NCBI GenBank assembly: GCA_963827935.1
Contig: CAWHCN010000011.1
Location: 433,183-497,182, forward strand
Direction of reading: 5' to 3'
DNA from: an uncultured Planctomycetota bacterium
GTDB taxonomy: Bacteria; Planctomycetota; Planctomycetia; Gemmatales; Gemmataceae
Length of the DNA: 64,000 nucleotides
In this document: in pieces, positions 8,613 through 18,071 of the stretch
Position numbering within the stretch: position 1 is the stretch's first letter
How the letters are laid out: the number at the start of each line of letters is the position of its first letter
Program-made: the position numbers and the translations under genes
The notes under the pieces: model-generated
The model's database searches: none
Told to the model about the DNA's origin: nothing
What the model saw: only the letters and a program-made list of their open reading frames with translations

Positions 8613-10406
8613 CTACAACCGCTCCAGCGCCGCGTCGGCGGTCCGGCTCGTTTCGGTGTCGTCGTTGTCCGTCAAGGCGGCCAGGGCCTGGCGGATACGG
8701 CGATCGGAGAGGGTGAGGAAATAGCGGCCGGCCTGCACGTCGCGGCCCAGTTCCACGGGGTTGCCGTTTCCCACGGTCAGCAGATGGTCCAGCCGCGCCA
8801 GGGTGCAACTCGACGCATAGAGTTCGCAGGCCGCATCCGCGATCCGCTCGTGGAGGTACTCGCTGGGCAGGAACCGCTCGACCGAACCGCAGTGCCGCAG
8901 GACCCACTGGACGGCCAGGCCGAAGTCGCGGACACGGTGGCCCAGACGGCTGGCCTCCGCACGGAGGGCGGTGCTCTGCACCGGCACGTCCGGCGAGGAA
9001 AGGCGGGCGGCCAGTTGCTCCTTGCCGAAGCGCCACAGCCGGCCTGCTTCCTTCAGCGGGCTCTTCACCGCGTGCATCACCGCCAGCAGCCCTTCGCCGA
9101 CGGCCCGCGAGCCGACCACGCTGATGAAGGCCCGCAGGACGTCGTTGGCCCCCTCGCCGATGGTGTTGATGCGTGCGTCGCGCATCATGCGCTCCAGCGG
9201 GTCGGTGGTGAAGTACCCCTGCCCACCGTAAATCTGCAAGGCGTCGTTGACGATTTGCCAAAGCGCGTCGGTCGACCAGACCTTGAGCATGGCCGTTTCG
9301 AGCATGAAGTCGTCGATGCCGCGGTCGATGAACGAGGCGCACTCGGCCGTGGTCGCCTCCATCGCGAAGGCACAGGCGGCCATGGTGGCGATCTTCTTCT
9401 TGACCAGCTCGAACTCGGCGATCGGCTGGCCAAACTGCTGGCGACGCTTGGCGTGCCGCACCGCCAGGCGCAGGCAGGTCTTGGCGGCCCCGGTGCAACT
9501 GGCGCCGAACGTGGTGCGGCCGAAGTCGAGCACCGTCAAGGCCACGCGCAGTCCTTTACCGATCGGGCCCAGGACATTCTCCTTCGGCACGCGCATGTTG
9601 CGGAACGCGAGGCGGGCGGTGGCGGTCCCGCGGATGCCGCACTTCGGCATGCGGGCCTCGACTACCTCGAAACCGGGCATGTCCGGGGTGACCAGGAAGG
9701 CGGTGACTTTGGACTCCCCGGGCTGACGCCCGGGGCTCGCTTCCACCGGTGTGCGAGCCATGACGGTCAGCACGCCGGCAATGGCGCCGTTGGTGATGTA
9801 GCGCTTCTCGCCGTTGAGAATGTAGGCGTTGCCGTCGGGCGTGGGTGTGGCCGTGGTCTGAACATTGGCGGCGTCGGAGCCGGCGGCGGGCTCGGTGAGG
9901 GCGAAGGCGCCGAGCTTCCTACCGCTGACCAAGTCCGGCAGCCAGCGCGCCTTCTGCTCCGCCGTGCCGAACAGCAGCAGGGCCCGGATGCCGATCGAGT
10001 GGTGGGCATTGACGAACACCGACACGCCGGCATCGTGCCCGCCGATCAGCTCCATGATCTTGAGGTAGCCGAGCTGCGAGAAACCGCGTCCGCCGTACTC
10101 CGTGGGCGCCGTCATGCCCAGCACGCCCAGCCGGGCCAGGCCCGCGATCACCTCGGGTGGAATGTCGGCCTGGCGGTCGATGGCGGCAGCATCCACCTGC
10201 TCGTCGAGGAAGCGCTGCACCTCGGCCACCGCCTGGCTGACCCGGTCGCGCTCGCCGGCCTTGATCTCGGGGTAAGGGAAGAGCAGGGGGCCGTTGAAGT
10301 GGCCAAAGAACAGCGCCTTGGCGAACCCGAGTTGCTCGGGCGTGGCCCCCAGAATTTCCTCGGCCTGTTTCTGCTGCTGGGCGACCTGTGCGGCGGTCAG
10401 GGGCAT
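8613..10406 (-). CDS. acyl-CoA dehydrogenase, long form (~600 aa, ACAD with C-terminal extension)
   Basis: MPLTAAQVAQQQKQAEEILGA... followed by ACAD N-terminal, middle and C-terminal domains (AFALTEPAAGSDAANVQTTA, YITNGAIAG, IYGGQGYFTTDPLERMMRDARINTIGEGANDV). Confidence 0.85.
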   Translation of the reverse strand: MPLTAAQVAQQQKQAEEILGATPEQLGFAKALFFGHFNGPLLFPYPEIKAGERDRVSQAVAEVQRFLDEQVDAAAIDRQADIPPEVIAGLARLGVLGMTAPTEYGGRGFSQLGYLKIMELIGGHDAGVSVFVNAHHSIGIRALLLFGTAEQKARWLPDLVSGRKLGAFALTEPAAGSDAANVQTTATPTPDGNAYILNGEKRYITNGAIAGVLTVMARTPVEASPGRQPGESKVTAFLVTPDMPGFEVVEARMPKCGIRGTATARLAFRNMRVPKENVLGPIGKGLRVALTVLDFGRTTFGASCTGAAKTCLRLAVRHAKRRQQFGQPIAEFELVKKKIATMAACAFAMEATTAECASFIDRGIDDFMLETAMLKVWSTDALWQIVNDALQIYGGQGYFTTDPLERMMRDARINTIGEGANDVLRAFISVVGSRAVGEGLLAVMHAVKSPLKEAGRLWRFGKEQLAARLSSPDVPVQSTALRAEASRLGHRVRDFGLAVQWVLRHCGSVERFLPSEYLHERIADAACELYASSCTLARLDHLLTVGNGNPVELGRDVQAGRYFLTLSDRRIRQALAALTDNDDTETSRTADAALERL

Positions 10407-10546
10407 GTGATGACTCCCGGTCGTCCGCCCCGGGCGGAGGGCGGTGCGGTCCCTCTCATGGTAGAGCATGGAGGACGGCGGTGGGAAGTCAACCCGGGGA
10501 AGCGGGGCCGGCCTTCTCGGCCCGCCAGAAGGGAAAACCACCACGG

Positions 10547-10762
10547 CTGGGTGGCACGCCCTGAGGTACTCCGAAGGGCGTGCTTTACTGGCAGGCTTGC
10601 TTGTTAGCCCGACGCGCTAGCGAGGGTGGGCGAGTCGTTCCCTCGCTGGCGCGTCGGGCTAACATGCACGCCCTTCGGAGTACCTCAGGGCGTGCCACCC
10701 GCCGAAGGGCGTGTTGCAGTGCATGCACGCGCTTCGGAGTACCTCAGGGCGTGCCACCCGCC
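10547..10762. repeat. palindromic intergenic repeat cluster: family A (GGTGGCACGCCCTGAGGTACTCCGAAGGGCGTGC), one forward and two reverse copies, plus one family C hairpin (CCAGCGAGGG...)
   Basis: The same 35-bp unit recurs at 35169-35303, 44722-44803, 58775-58903 and 59700-59781. Copies form long inverted pairs. Confidence 0.8.
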
Positions 10763-10776
10763 GCGGTCAGCAGTTC

Positions 10777-10998
10777 TTACGCCACAGGTAGGGCCAGTTC
10801 CTCTTCCGGCTGGAGCGGCACAACATCGTCGCCGCGAACACGGGCATGGAAGTCACACTGACACCGGGGACACAGGAACGTAACCACCCGCTTCGTCGGC
10901 ACAGCCGCGTCCCAGACATGGCGGTCGTCTCGTGCGAGGAGATCACCGGACCAGTGGCAGCCGATGCGCGGACAGGTTACCCAGTAGCTGGTCAACAT
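10777..10998 (-). CDS. small Cys-rich (zinc-ribbon-like) hypothetical protein
   Basis: 73-aa ORF with CPRIGC...CPRCQC, sitting between the repeat cluster and arfB. Confidence 0.3.
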   Translation of the reverse strand: MLTSYWVTCPRIGCHWSGDLLARDDRHVWDAAVPTKRVVTFLCPRCQCDFHARVRGDDVVPLQPEEELALPVA

Positions 10999-11192
10999 TT
11001 GCCGGCCTCCGTGAAGTGAAAAGAGAGGACGAACGGCACAGGGAAGTCTAACAGACGATCCCGGACCGCGTCAAAGAAAATACAAGAAGATTTGCCGAAC
11101 AACCCTCGCCCTCGCGCCCGGCGGGGTGTCTTCTACAATGCTGTTTGTGGTTTGAATCGGTCCGGGCCGCAGCTCCCAAAGGGGTGATCGCC

Positions 11193-11612
11193 ATGCTCGA
11201 AATCAACGCCTCCCTGCGCATCCCCGACGACGAGTTCACCTGGACGTACGTCCGTTCGAGTGGGCCGGGCGGGCAAAACGTGAACAAGGTGGCGTCCAAG
11301 GCGGTGCTGCGCTGGGGCCTGTCGGCCAGCCCGAGCCTGCCGCCCGACGTGAAGGCCCGCCTGCGCGCCCGCGAGGCCAACCGCATCACCGCCGACGGCG
11401 AGCTGGTGCTCACCTCGCAACGCTTCCGCGACCAGGAGCGCAACCGGCAGGACTGCCTCGACAAGCTACGGGCCATGATCGCCGGCGCCGCGGCCCGGCC
11501 CAAGAAACGCCGCAAGACCAAGCCGACCCGCGGCTCCCAGGAAGCGCGGCTGCGAGAGAAGAAGCGACGGGCAGGGACGAAGGCGGGACGCCGGGGTGGG
11601 GTTGAGGAGTGA
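11193..11612 (+). CDS. arfB: peptidyl-tRNA hydrolase ArfB (alternative ribosome-rescue factor B)
   Basis: GPGGQNVNKV GGQ motif, followed by a basic C-terminal tail (KKRRKTKPTRGSQEARLREKKRR). Confidence 0.85.
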   Translation: MLEINASLRIPDDEFTWTYVRSSGPGGQNVNKVASKAVLRWGLSASPSLPPDVKARLRAREANRITADGELVLTSQRFRDQERNRQDCLDKLRAMIAGAAARPKKRRKTKPTRGSQEARLREKKRRAGTKAGRRGGVEE

Positions 11613-11701
11613 GGCTTCCTCCCCACCCCGTGGCATCCCCCGCCTGCACGCCCTATAATGCGGCACGGTTCTTGGATCGCCCGTCACCAGGCAGTCACCG
11701 C

Positions 11702-12274
11702 ATGCCCCATCCCACCCAGATGTCCGCCGCCGACACCGGCCTGCTCGTGATTGACGTGCAGGAGAAGCTGATGGTCAAGATCCCCCAGGCGTCGGCCCTG
11801 GTACGCGACATCGGCTTCCTCGTCGATGTCGCCCGCCTGCTCGACATGCCGGTGCAGGCGACCGAGCAGTATCCGAAGGGGCTGGGCCCGACCGTTGCCG
11901 AACTGGCCCGCCGGCTGCCGAACCGTCCCGACAAGACTGGCTTCAGTTGCTGTGCCATCCCGCGCATAGTCGAAGCATTCCATAGAGCGGCCCGGCCGAA
12001 GATTGTGCTGGCGGGGATCGAGGCCCACGTCTGCGTGCTGAATACGGCGCTTGATCTCCTGGCCCGGCAGTTTCGCGTGTACATCGCCGCTGACGCCGTG
12101 GCCAGCCGGTATCTGATCGACCGCGAGTTCGCGCTGCGCCGGCTGGAACAGGCCGGGGCGATCTTGACGACGGTTGAGACGTGCGCGTTCGAGTGGATCG
12201 GCGGCTCAAACCATCCGCAGTTCAAGGCGATCAGCGCCCTGATCCAGGAGCGGGCGAAGGGGATACAACAGTAG
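11702..12274 (+). CDS. isochorismatase-family cysteine hydrolase
   Basis: [11 protein letters not shown]...[19 protein letters not shown] has the isochorismatase fold with the catalytic Cys. Confidence 0.75.
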   Translation: MPHPTQMSAADTGLLVIDVQEKLMVKIPQASALVRDIGFLVDVARLLDMPVQATEQYPKGLGPTVAELARRLPNRPDKTGFSCCAIPRIVEAFHRAARPKIVLAGIEAHVCVLNTALDLLARQFRVYIAADAVASRYLIDREFALRRLEQAGAILTTVETCAFEWIGGSNHPQFKAISALIQERAKGIQQ

Positions 12275-12353
12275 CGGCCGCTTGCGGCTTAGCGTTCGGG
12301 GCATCGAGGGATGGTGTTCACGCGAAGCCGCAAGCGGCCCAAGGAAACCCACC

Positions 12354-13533
12354 ATGCCACTCCCCGGTCAGCTCAATCCTTCGCCGCGTGTCCTGCTCGG
12401 CCCGGGCCCCAGCGATGTCCATCCGCCGCGTGTTGACCGCGATGGCCACGCCGCTGGTCGGCCATCTCGACCCGGAATTCCTGGTCCTGATGAATGAAAC
12501 GCAGGAGATGCTGCGCCAGGGCTTCCGCACGCAGAACCGCCTGACGTTCCCGGTGAGCGGCACCGGGTCGGCCGGCATGGAGACCTGCGTCGTCAACCTG
12601 ATCGAGCCGGGCGACCGGATGGTGGTCTGCGTCAACGGCGTGTTCGGCCAGCGCATGACCGACGTGGCCCAGCGGGCCGGGGCCGCCGTCACCACCCTCG
12701 AACGGCCCTGGGGCGAGGTCTTCGACCTGGACGGGATCCGTGCGATGCTGCAGAAGGTGCGGCCCAAGGTGCTCGGCATCGTCCATGCCGAGACCTCCAC
12801 CGGCGCCTGGCAGCCGCTCGAAGGCCTGGGTCAGCTGTGCCACGAATTCGACACGCTGCTGCTCCTCGACACCGTCACCTCGCTGGCCGGGGTGCCGGTG
12901 GAGATCGACGCCTGGGACGTGGATGCCGTCTATAGCGGAACGCAAAAGTGTCTGAGCTGCCCGCCCGGCCTGGCTCCGGTGTCGTTCAGCCCGCGGGCCG
13001 TCGAGACGATCAACCGCCGCAAGACCAAGGTGCAATCGTGGTACTTGGACATGACGATGGTCCAGCGCTACTGGGGCGAGGAGCGCTTCTACCACCACAC
13101 GGCCCCGATCACGATGATCTATGCCCTGCGCGAGGCGCTGCGGCTGGTCCTGGAGGAGGGGCTGGAAGCGCGGTTTGCCCGGCACCGGCGGAATCATCAG
13201 GCGTTGAAGGCCGGACTGGCGGCGCTGGGGATCACCTATGCCGCGGCGGAAGGGCACCAGCTACCGCAGCTCAACGCCGTCCGCATCCCGCCGGGGGCCG
13301 ACGACCTGACGACACGCAAGCGCCTGCTGGCCGAGTTCGGCATCGAGATCGGCGGCGGACTGGGCGATTTCAAGGGGAAGGTCTGGCGCGTGGGCTTGAT
13401 GGGACACGCCAGCCGGCCGGCCAATGTGCTCCTCTTCCTGGCGGCGCTGGAACAATGCCTGGTCGCCCAGGGGGTGAAGGTGACGGCCGGGGCGGGCGTG
13501 GCGGCGGCCAACAGGGTCTACGCAGAAAGGTGA
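12354..13533 (+). CDS. class-V aminotransferase (alanine-glyoxylate/serine-pyruvate type), 1-bp insertion frameshift near 12428
   Basis: [24 protein letters not shown] in one frame. [18 protein letters not shown]...[10 protein letters not shown]...[19 protein letters not shown] continues in the next frame. Deleting one C from CCGCCGCG restores DVHPRVLTAMA. Confidence 0.8.
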
Positions 13534-13618
13534 CACAAGCCCCGAGCGCGAGCGAGGGGGGCCCACTCCCCTCGCTCGCGCTCGGGGCTTGTGACTTCGG
13601 CGACAGAGGGCCGCCCTC

Positions 13619-13933
13619 ATGTTGCAACACCGCGAGGAAGTCCGCTTCCGCAAGGTCTTCGCCAAAGAGCTGAAACGCCTCTGCAAGGACGCACTCGACG
13701 AGCTGGGATGGCGCTGGGAGATGGACGGGAGCTGGCGCATCGTGGCCTATGTGCCACGCACTTTCTCCTCCTGGGGCGAATGGCTGGTCGTGGAGGTCTA
13801 CGATGAGGAGCTGGTGGTGCTGAGTCATTGCAGGGTCCGCAACCAGCTCGTCGATTGGGGCAAGAACCGTCAGAATGTGCAGCGGTTCCTCGATAGCGTC
13901 GACGACATCCTGGAGGAAGAAGACGACCGATGA
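13619..13933 (+). CDS. hypothetical protein, paralog 1 of a tandem pair
   Basis: 104 aa. It aligns with the next ORF: W.I.A.VP....WG....VY..EL.VLS.C.....GKNR..V..FL. The stop overlaps the next start (ATGA). Confidence 0.55.
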   Translation: MLQHREEVRFRKVFAKELKRLCKDALDELGWRWEMDGSWRIVAYVPRTFSSWGEWLVVEVYDEELVVLSHCRVRNQLVDWGKNRQNVQRFLDSVDDILEEEDDR

Positions 13934-14346
13934 TCGTCCATGCCCTCCTCTGGTCGGCGCGAATGGCGGCGTGGCGGCGCCGATGGCGGGCCTGGCTGCG
14001 TGCCTTGATCCCGACTGAGCCTGCGCACCACGAGGTCCGCGTCTGCTACGATGACGCCTGCGAAGAGGATCTTCGCGCAGCCGCGAAGTTTGTCCTCACG
14101 TGCCTGCGCTGGAAATGGACTGAGGCGCGGCCTGGCACGATCCTGGCGCGAGTTCCAATCAACTGGCGAACCTGGGGACAGCGGTTCACGATCAGAGTCT
14201 ATCCGCGCGAACTGCGGGTGCTCAGTGCGTGCGTTATGCAGCGCTTTGATGGTGGGAAGAATCGGGACGATGTGGACCTGTTTCTGGCCCACCTGCATAC
14301 CCTTCTTTGTATCGAGCCTGTCCGAACCATGAGGCAGCTGCCATGA
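13930..14346 (+). CDS. hypothetical protein, paralog 2 of the tandem pair
   Basis: 138 aa and homologous to the preceding ORF. Its stop overlaps the hemB start (ATGA). Confidence 0.55.
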   Translation: MIVHALLWSARMAAWRRRWRAWLRALIPTEPAHHEVRVCYDDACEEDLRAAAKFVLTCLRWKWTEARPGTILARVPINWRTWGQRFTIRVYPRELRVLSACVMQRFDGGKNRDDVDLFLAHLHTLLCIEPVRTMRQLP

Positions 14347-15338
14347 CTGCTCCCGCATTTCCTGATAGCCGCCTGCGCCGCCTCCGACACAATCCCCTCG
14401 TTCGCCAGATGGTCCGCGAGACGGCCCTGGCACCCGACGATTTCATCCTGCCGCTATTCGTGCGCCCCGGCCGGGGCGTTCGCAACGAGATCGCCTCGAT
14501 GCCGGGCAACTACCAGCTCAGCGTCGATACCCTTGTCGATGAGGTCGGTAGCGCGGCCGACCTGGGTATCCGCGCGTTCATGCTGTTCGGCGTCCCCGCC
14601 CACAAGGACGCCACCGGCGCGGTTGCTTGGGAGGACGAGGGGATCGTCCAGCAGGCGCTGCGGGCGTTGCGGACGGCTTACAAGGACGACGTGGTGCTCA
14701 TTACCGACGAATGCTTCTGCGAGTACACCGAGCACGGCCACTGCGGCGTGCTGTCGGAGTACGGCCGGCGGCGCGACGTGGACAACGACGCCACCTTGCC
14801 CAACCTCGCCGCCCAGTGCGTCAGTCATGCGAAGGCGGGCGCCGACATGGTGGCTCCGAGCGGCATGCTCGACGGCATGGTCGGCGCCATTCGCCGCGGC
14901 CTGGACGCGGCGGGCTTCGGCTGGCTGCCGATCCTGAGCTACGCCGCCAAGTACGCCAGTGGTTTCTATGGCCCGTTCCGCGACGCGGCCGAGTCCCCGC
15001 CACAGTTCGGCGACCGCGGCGGCTATCAGATGGATCCTGCCAACGGCGACGAGGCGCTGCGCGAGGTGGCCCTCGACCTCGGCGAAGGCGCGGACCTGGT
15101 CATGGTGAAGCCGGCCCTGGCCTACCTGGACATCATTCGCCGGGTCAAGGAGCGTTTCGGCGTGCCGCTGGCGGCGTACAACGTGAGCGGCGAGTTCGCC
15201 ATGGTCAAGGCCGCCGCCGCCAAGGGCTGGATCGACGAACGCCGCATCACAATGGAGATCCTCACCAGCATCAAGCGGGCCGGGGCCGACCTGATCCTGA
15301 CTTACCATGCCTGCGACGCGGCCCGGTGGCTACGCTAG
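14343..15338 (+). CDS. hemB: porphobilinogen synthase (delta-aminolevulinate dehydratase)
   Basis: LPLFVRPG...[18 protein letters not shown]...[16 protein letters not shown]...[16 protein letters not shown]...[13 protein letters not shown] are canonical HemB blocks. Confidence 0.9.
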   Translation: MTAPAFPDSRLRRLRHNPLVRQMVRETALAPDDFILPLFVRPGRGVRNEIASMPGNYQLSVDTLVDEVGSAADLGIRAFMLFGVPAHKDATGAVAWEDEGIVQQALRALRTAYKDDVVLITDECFCEYTEHGHCGVLSEYGRRRDVDNDATLPNLAAQCVSHAKAGADMVAPSGMLDGMVGAIRRGLDAAGFGWLPILSYAAKYASGFYGPFRDAAESPPQFGDRGGYQMDPANGDEALREVALDLGEGADLVMVKPALAYLDIIRRVKERFGVPLAAYNVSGEFAMVKAAAAKGWIDERRITMEILTSIKRAGADLILTYHACDAARWLR

Positions 15339-15544
15339 TCGTGGCCGGACCGGTCGGCCTGCCTCAGCGGGCGGAGCCAGCCCGATGCCCGGCCACACCC
15401 AGGTCGGCGGACCAGAAGCCATCCGGGCAGGCCACCGGCTGACGCGAGCCGCTGCGGTTGGCGGGCGGCAGCTGCAGATCGCTGAACGGGTCCATGATGT
15501 TGCCTCCGCTGGAATTCAGATGTCCGGAAGAGTGGGTGCTATGA

Positions 15545-15690
15545 CGGTGCCACGACAGTGCCACGATGGTGCCACCACCCTGCCACGATGGTGCCGCCAC
15601 GGTGCCACGATGGTGCCAGAGGGTGCCATCAGGGTGCCACGATGGTGCCATCAGGGTGCCATAATGGTGCCACGGGGTGTCCAAGAGTGG
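15545..15690. repeat. degenerate ~12-bp tandem repeat (GTGCCACGATGG)n, about 11 units
   Basis: tgccacgacagtgccacgatggtgccaccaccctgccacgatggtgccgccacggtgccacgatggtgccagagggtgccatcagggtgccacgatggtgccatcagggtgccataatggtgccacgg. It lies intergenically between hemB and the O-methyltransferase. Confidence 0.75.
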
Positions 15691-15825
15691 TGGTGGCACC
15701 CTGGACTGACGGGCCTGGACCCTTCCTTATATCGACTCCCGGGGTAGGCCAGGCCAGCAACCATCCATACGTATGCGAGCGCGGCGTCATTATTTGCGAA
15801 CGCTGTCCAACAGGGGAAGACCATC

Positions 15826-16858
15826 ATGTCATCCGCCGCTTCGCCGCCTGATCCCACCCCGGTGCTGGACCTGCTCGAAGCATTCCGCCGCTCCAAGGCG
15901 ATGTTCGCCGCCCTTGACCTGGGGGTGTTCGATCAACTGGCGGGCGGCGGGCTCTCACTGTCGGCCCTCGCGCAGCATCTGCACGCCGACGCCGGTGCCC
16001 TGGGCCGGCTGCTGGATGCCTGCGTCGGCCTGGGTCTGCTGGCGCGGCAAGCGGATGGCTACGCCAACACCCCGGCGGCGGCGGCCTATCTCACCACGTC
16101 CAGTCCGCTGCGGCTGACGGGCTATGCCCGCTATTCCGACGCCGTCCTCTGGCAGCTCTGGGCTCACCTGGCCGATGCCGTGCGCGAGGGGACCCACCGC
16201 TGGAAGCAGGGCTTTGGCCTGGAAGGGCCGATCTTCGACCACTTCTTCCGCAACGACACCGATCGCCGCGAGTTCCTGATGGGGATGCACGGCCTGGGCC
16301 AGATCAGCTCGCCGGCGGTGGTGGCAGCGTTCGACCTGTCGGCGTACCGCTGCCTGGCGGACCTGGGGGGAGCGACGGGCCACCTGGCCGTCGCCGCCTG
16401 CCGGCGTTACCCAAACCTGCGGGCCGTGGTCCTGGACCTGCCCGGCGTCTTGCCGCTGGCCCGCGAACTGACGACTGAGGCAGGAATGGGCGGCCGGATC
16501 GACATCGTCAGCGGCGATTTCTTCGCGGACCCGCTCCCCGGGGCCGACCTCTTCGCCCTGGGCCGCATCCTGCACGATTGGTCGGAGGACAAGGTCCGGC
16601 AGTTGTTGCGCACGGTGTACGACAGCCTGCCGCCGCGCAGCGCACTGCTAGTGGCAGAGAAGCTGCTCGATGACGATCGCACCGGTCCGTCCGTAGCCCT
16701 GTTCCAGTCCTTGAACATGCTGGTGTGTACCGAGGGGAAGGAGCGCCACCTTCGGCGAATACGAAGCTCTGCTGCGCGAGGCCGGCTTCGCCCGGGTGGA
16801 GGGGCGACGGACCAGCGCCCCACTCGACGCGGTGCTGGCGGTCAAGGGCGGCTCCTGA
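15826..16858 (+). CDS. class I SAM-dependent O-methyltransferase (family 2), 1-bp insertion frameshift near 16752
   Basis: Dimerisation domain plus LADLGGATGHLAVAACRRYP (SAM motif) plus DLFALGRILHDWSEDK. After ...VCTEGKER the protein continues in the +1 frame as TFGEYEALLREAGFARVEG...AVKGGS*. Confidence 0.8.
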
Positions 16859-16994
16859 ATCATGCCGGCTTGCGGGCTCCCAAAGTTCCTCTCGGCGCCG
16901 GTCGCCTGGGCGGCTATAGTCCGCGCGCCGGGGCGGACGGTTCGCTTGCGCCGACCCCGCGGCCGACCCATCTTCCGAAGCGAGGAGTCCCTTC

Positions 16995-18035
16995 ATGTCG
17001 ATACGGATGTCGCTGGTTTCCCTGCTGGCCCTGGGCCTGGCGGCCACCTCGGCGCTGGCGCAATCCGGTGCCGCCGGGCTGCCGCCGCTGGCTGCGACCG
17101 AGGACAAACTCTCGAACGACCCGGTGGCCAAGGTCAATGGCGAGGTCATCACCGAGACAGCGGTTCGCCGCGCCTTTCGGGTTCAACACGTGACCCGCGA
17201 AAACCAGGCCAGCGCTCGGGCCGGAGTCATCCAGCTCCTGATCGACAGCGCGCTGGTCGATCAATACCTGGTTCAGCTCAAGGTGGCGGTTGACAAGAAG
17301 GAGGTCGAGGCTCGCCTGGACAAGATCGCGGCCGAGATCAGCCAGCACAACGAGAAGTTCGAGGACGTGTTGAAGGAGCTGATGTATACCGCGGCGGAAT
17401 TCCGGGCCCATGTCGAGGCCGATTTGCGCTGGGAGAAGTTCGTCAACGACCAGGCGACGGACGAGAAACTGACGAAGTATTTCGAGTCCAATCGCGAGAC
17501 GTTCAATGGGGCTCAGGTGCGGGCGCGGCATATCCAGATTGCGGCAACAACGCCGGATGCGAAAGCCGCTGAGGGCGTGGTGGCCCGCTTGCAGCAGATG
17601 AAGAAGGATGTGGAGGCGGCCGGTGCCACGGCCGTGGCCAAGCTGCCGGCCAATGCCGACGCGTTCACGAAGAAGCAGATGTTCAACGAAGGGGTTGAGT
17701 CGACGTTCGCGGACTTTGCCCGGAGCAATTCGATTTGTCCCAGCAAGTCGGCCGGAGGCGATGTGGGTTGGTTCGAGCGCAGTGCCGGCCGGGCCGAGCC
17801 GTTTGCCCGGGCCGCTTTTTCCCTGGAACCTTACCAGATCAGCGACGTGGTTCAGACGAAATACGGCTACCACCTGATCCTGGTCACCGACCGCAAGGCG
17901 GGACGGGATGTGAAGTTCGAGGACGTCAAGAACGACGTGAAGGAAGTCTACGGGTTCCGCCTTCGCGATGCCGTGATTGCAGCAATGCGGCCGCGGGCCC
18001 AGATCGAGCTCATGCCGCCGCCGGCGGCGCAGTGA
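16995..18035 (+). CDS. parvulin-type peptidyl-prolyl isomerase (SurA/PrsA-like), secreted
   Basis: Signal peptide MSIRMSLVSLLALGLAATSALA. PpiC domain GGDVGWFERSAGRAEPFARAAFSLEPYQISDVVQTKYGYHLILV. Confidence 0.85.
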   Translation: MSIRMSLVSLLALGLAATSALAQSGAAGLPPLAATEDKLSNDPVAKVNGEVITETAVRRAFRVQHVTRENQASARAGVIQLLIDSALVDQYLVQLKVAVDKKEVEARLDKIAAEISQHNEKFEDVLKELMYTAAEFRAHVEADLRWEKFVNDQATDEKLTKYFESNRETFNGAQVRARHIQIAATTPDAKAAEGVVARLQQMKKDVEAAGATAVAKLPANADAFTKKQMFNEGVESTFADFARSNSICPSKSAGGDVGWFERSAGRAEPFARAAFSLEPYQISDVVQTKYGYHLILVTDRKAGRDVKFEDVKNDVKEVYGFRLRDAVIAAMRPRAQIELMPPPAAQ

Positions 18036-18071
18036 CCCGGGCCCATAGAACCGCCCCCCTGCGGGTGGCAG

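Noticed and set aside
8604-10607. 667-aa ORF antisense to the acyl-CoA dehydrogenase. Similar long antisense ORFs occur at 6629-8251, 29430-30503, 31113-32774, 33806-34804, 35157-36551, 37634-38614 and 42914-44743.
   Set aside because: In a ~68% GC genome stop codons are rare in all frames. These ORFs are Arg/Ala/Gly/Pro-rich with no motifs, while the opposite strand carries recognisable conserved proteins.
10547-10762. Possible CRISPR array, because of closely spaced repeated 35-bp units.
   Set aside because: The units are in inverted orientation (palindromic pairs) with near-identical short spacers. There are no cas genes in the window. The same unit is scattered singly and in pairs across five loci, which is REP/MITE-like behaviour.
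15364-15699. 111-aa ORF rich in W/H/G on the minus strand.
   Set aside because: It is entirely produced by translation of the 12-bp tandem repeat. It has no start context and reading the other strand gives an equally repetitive peptide.
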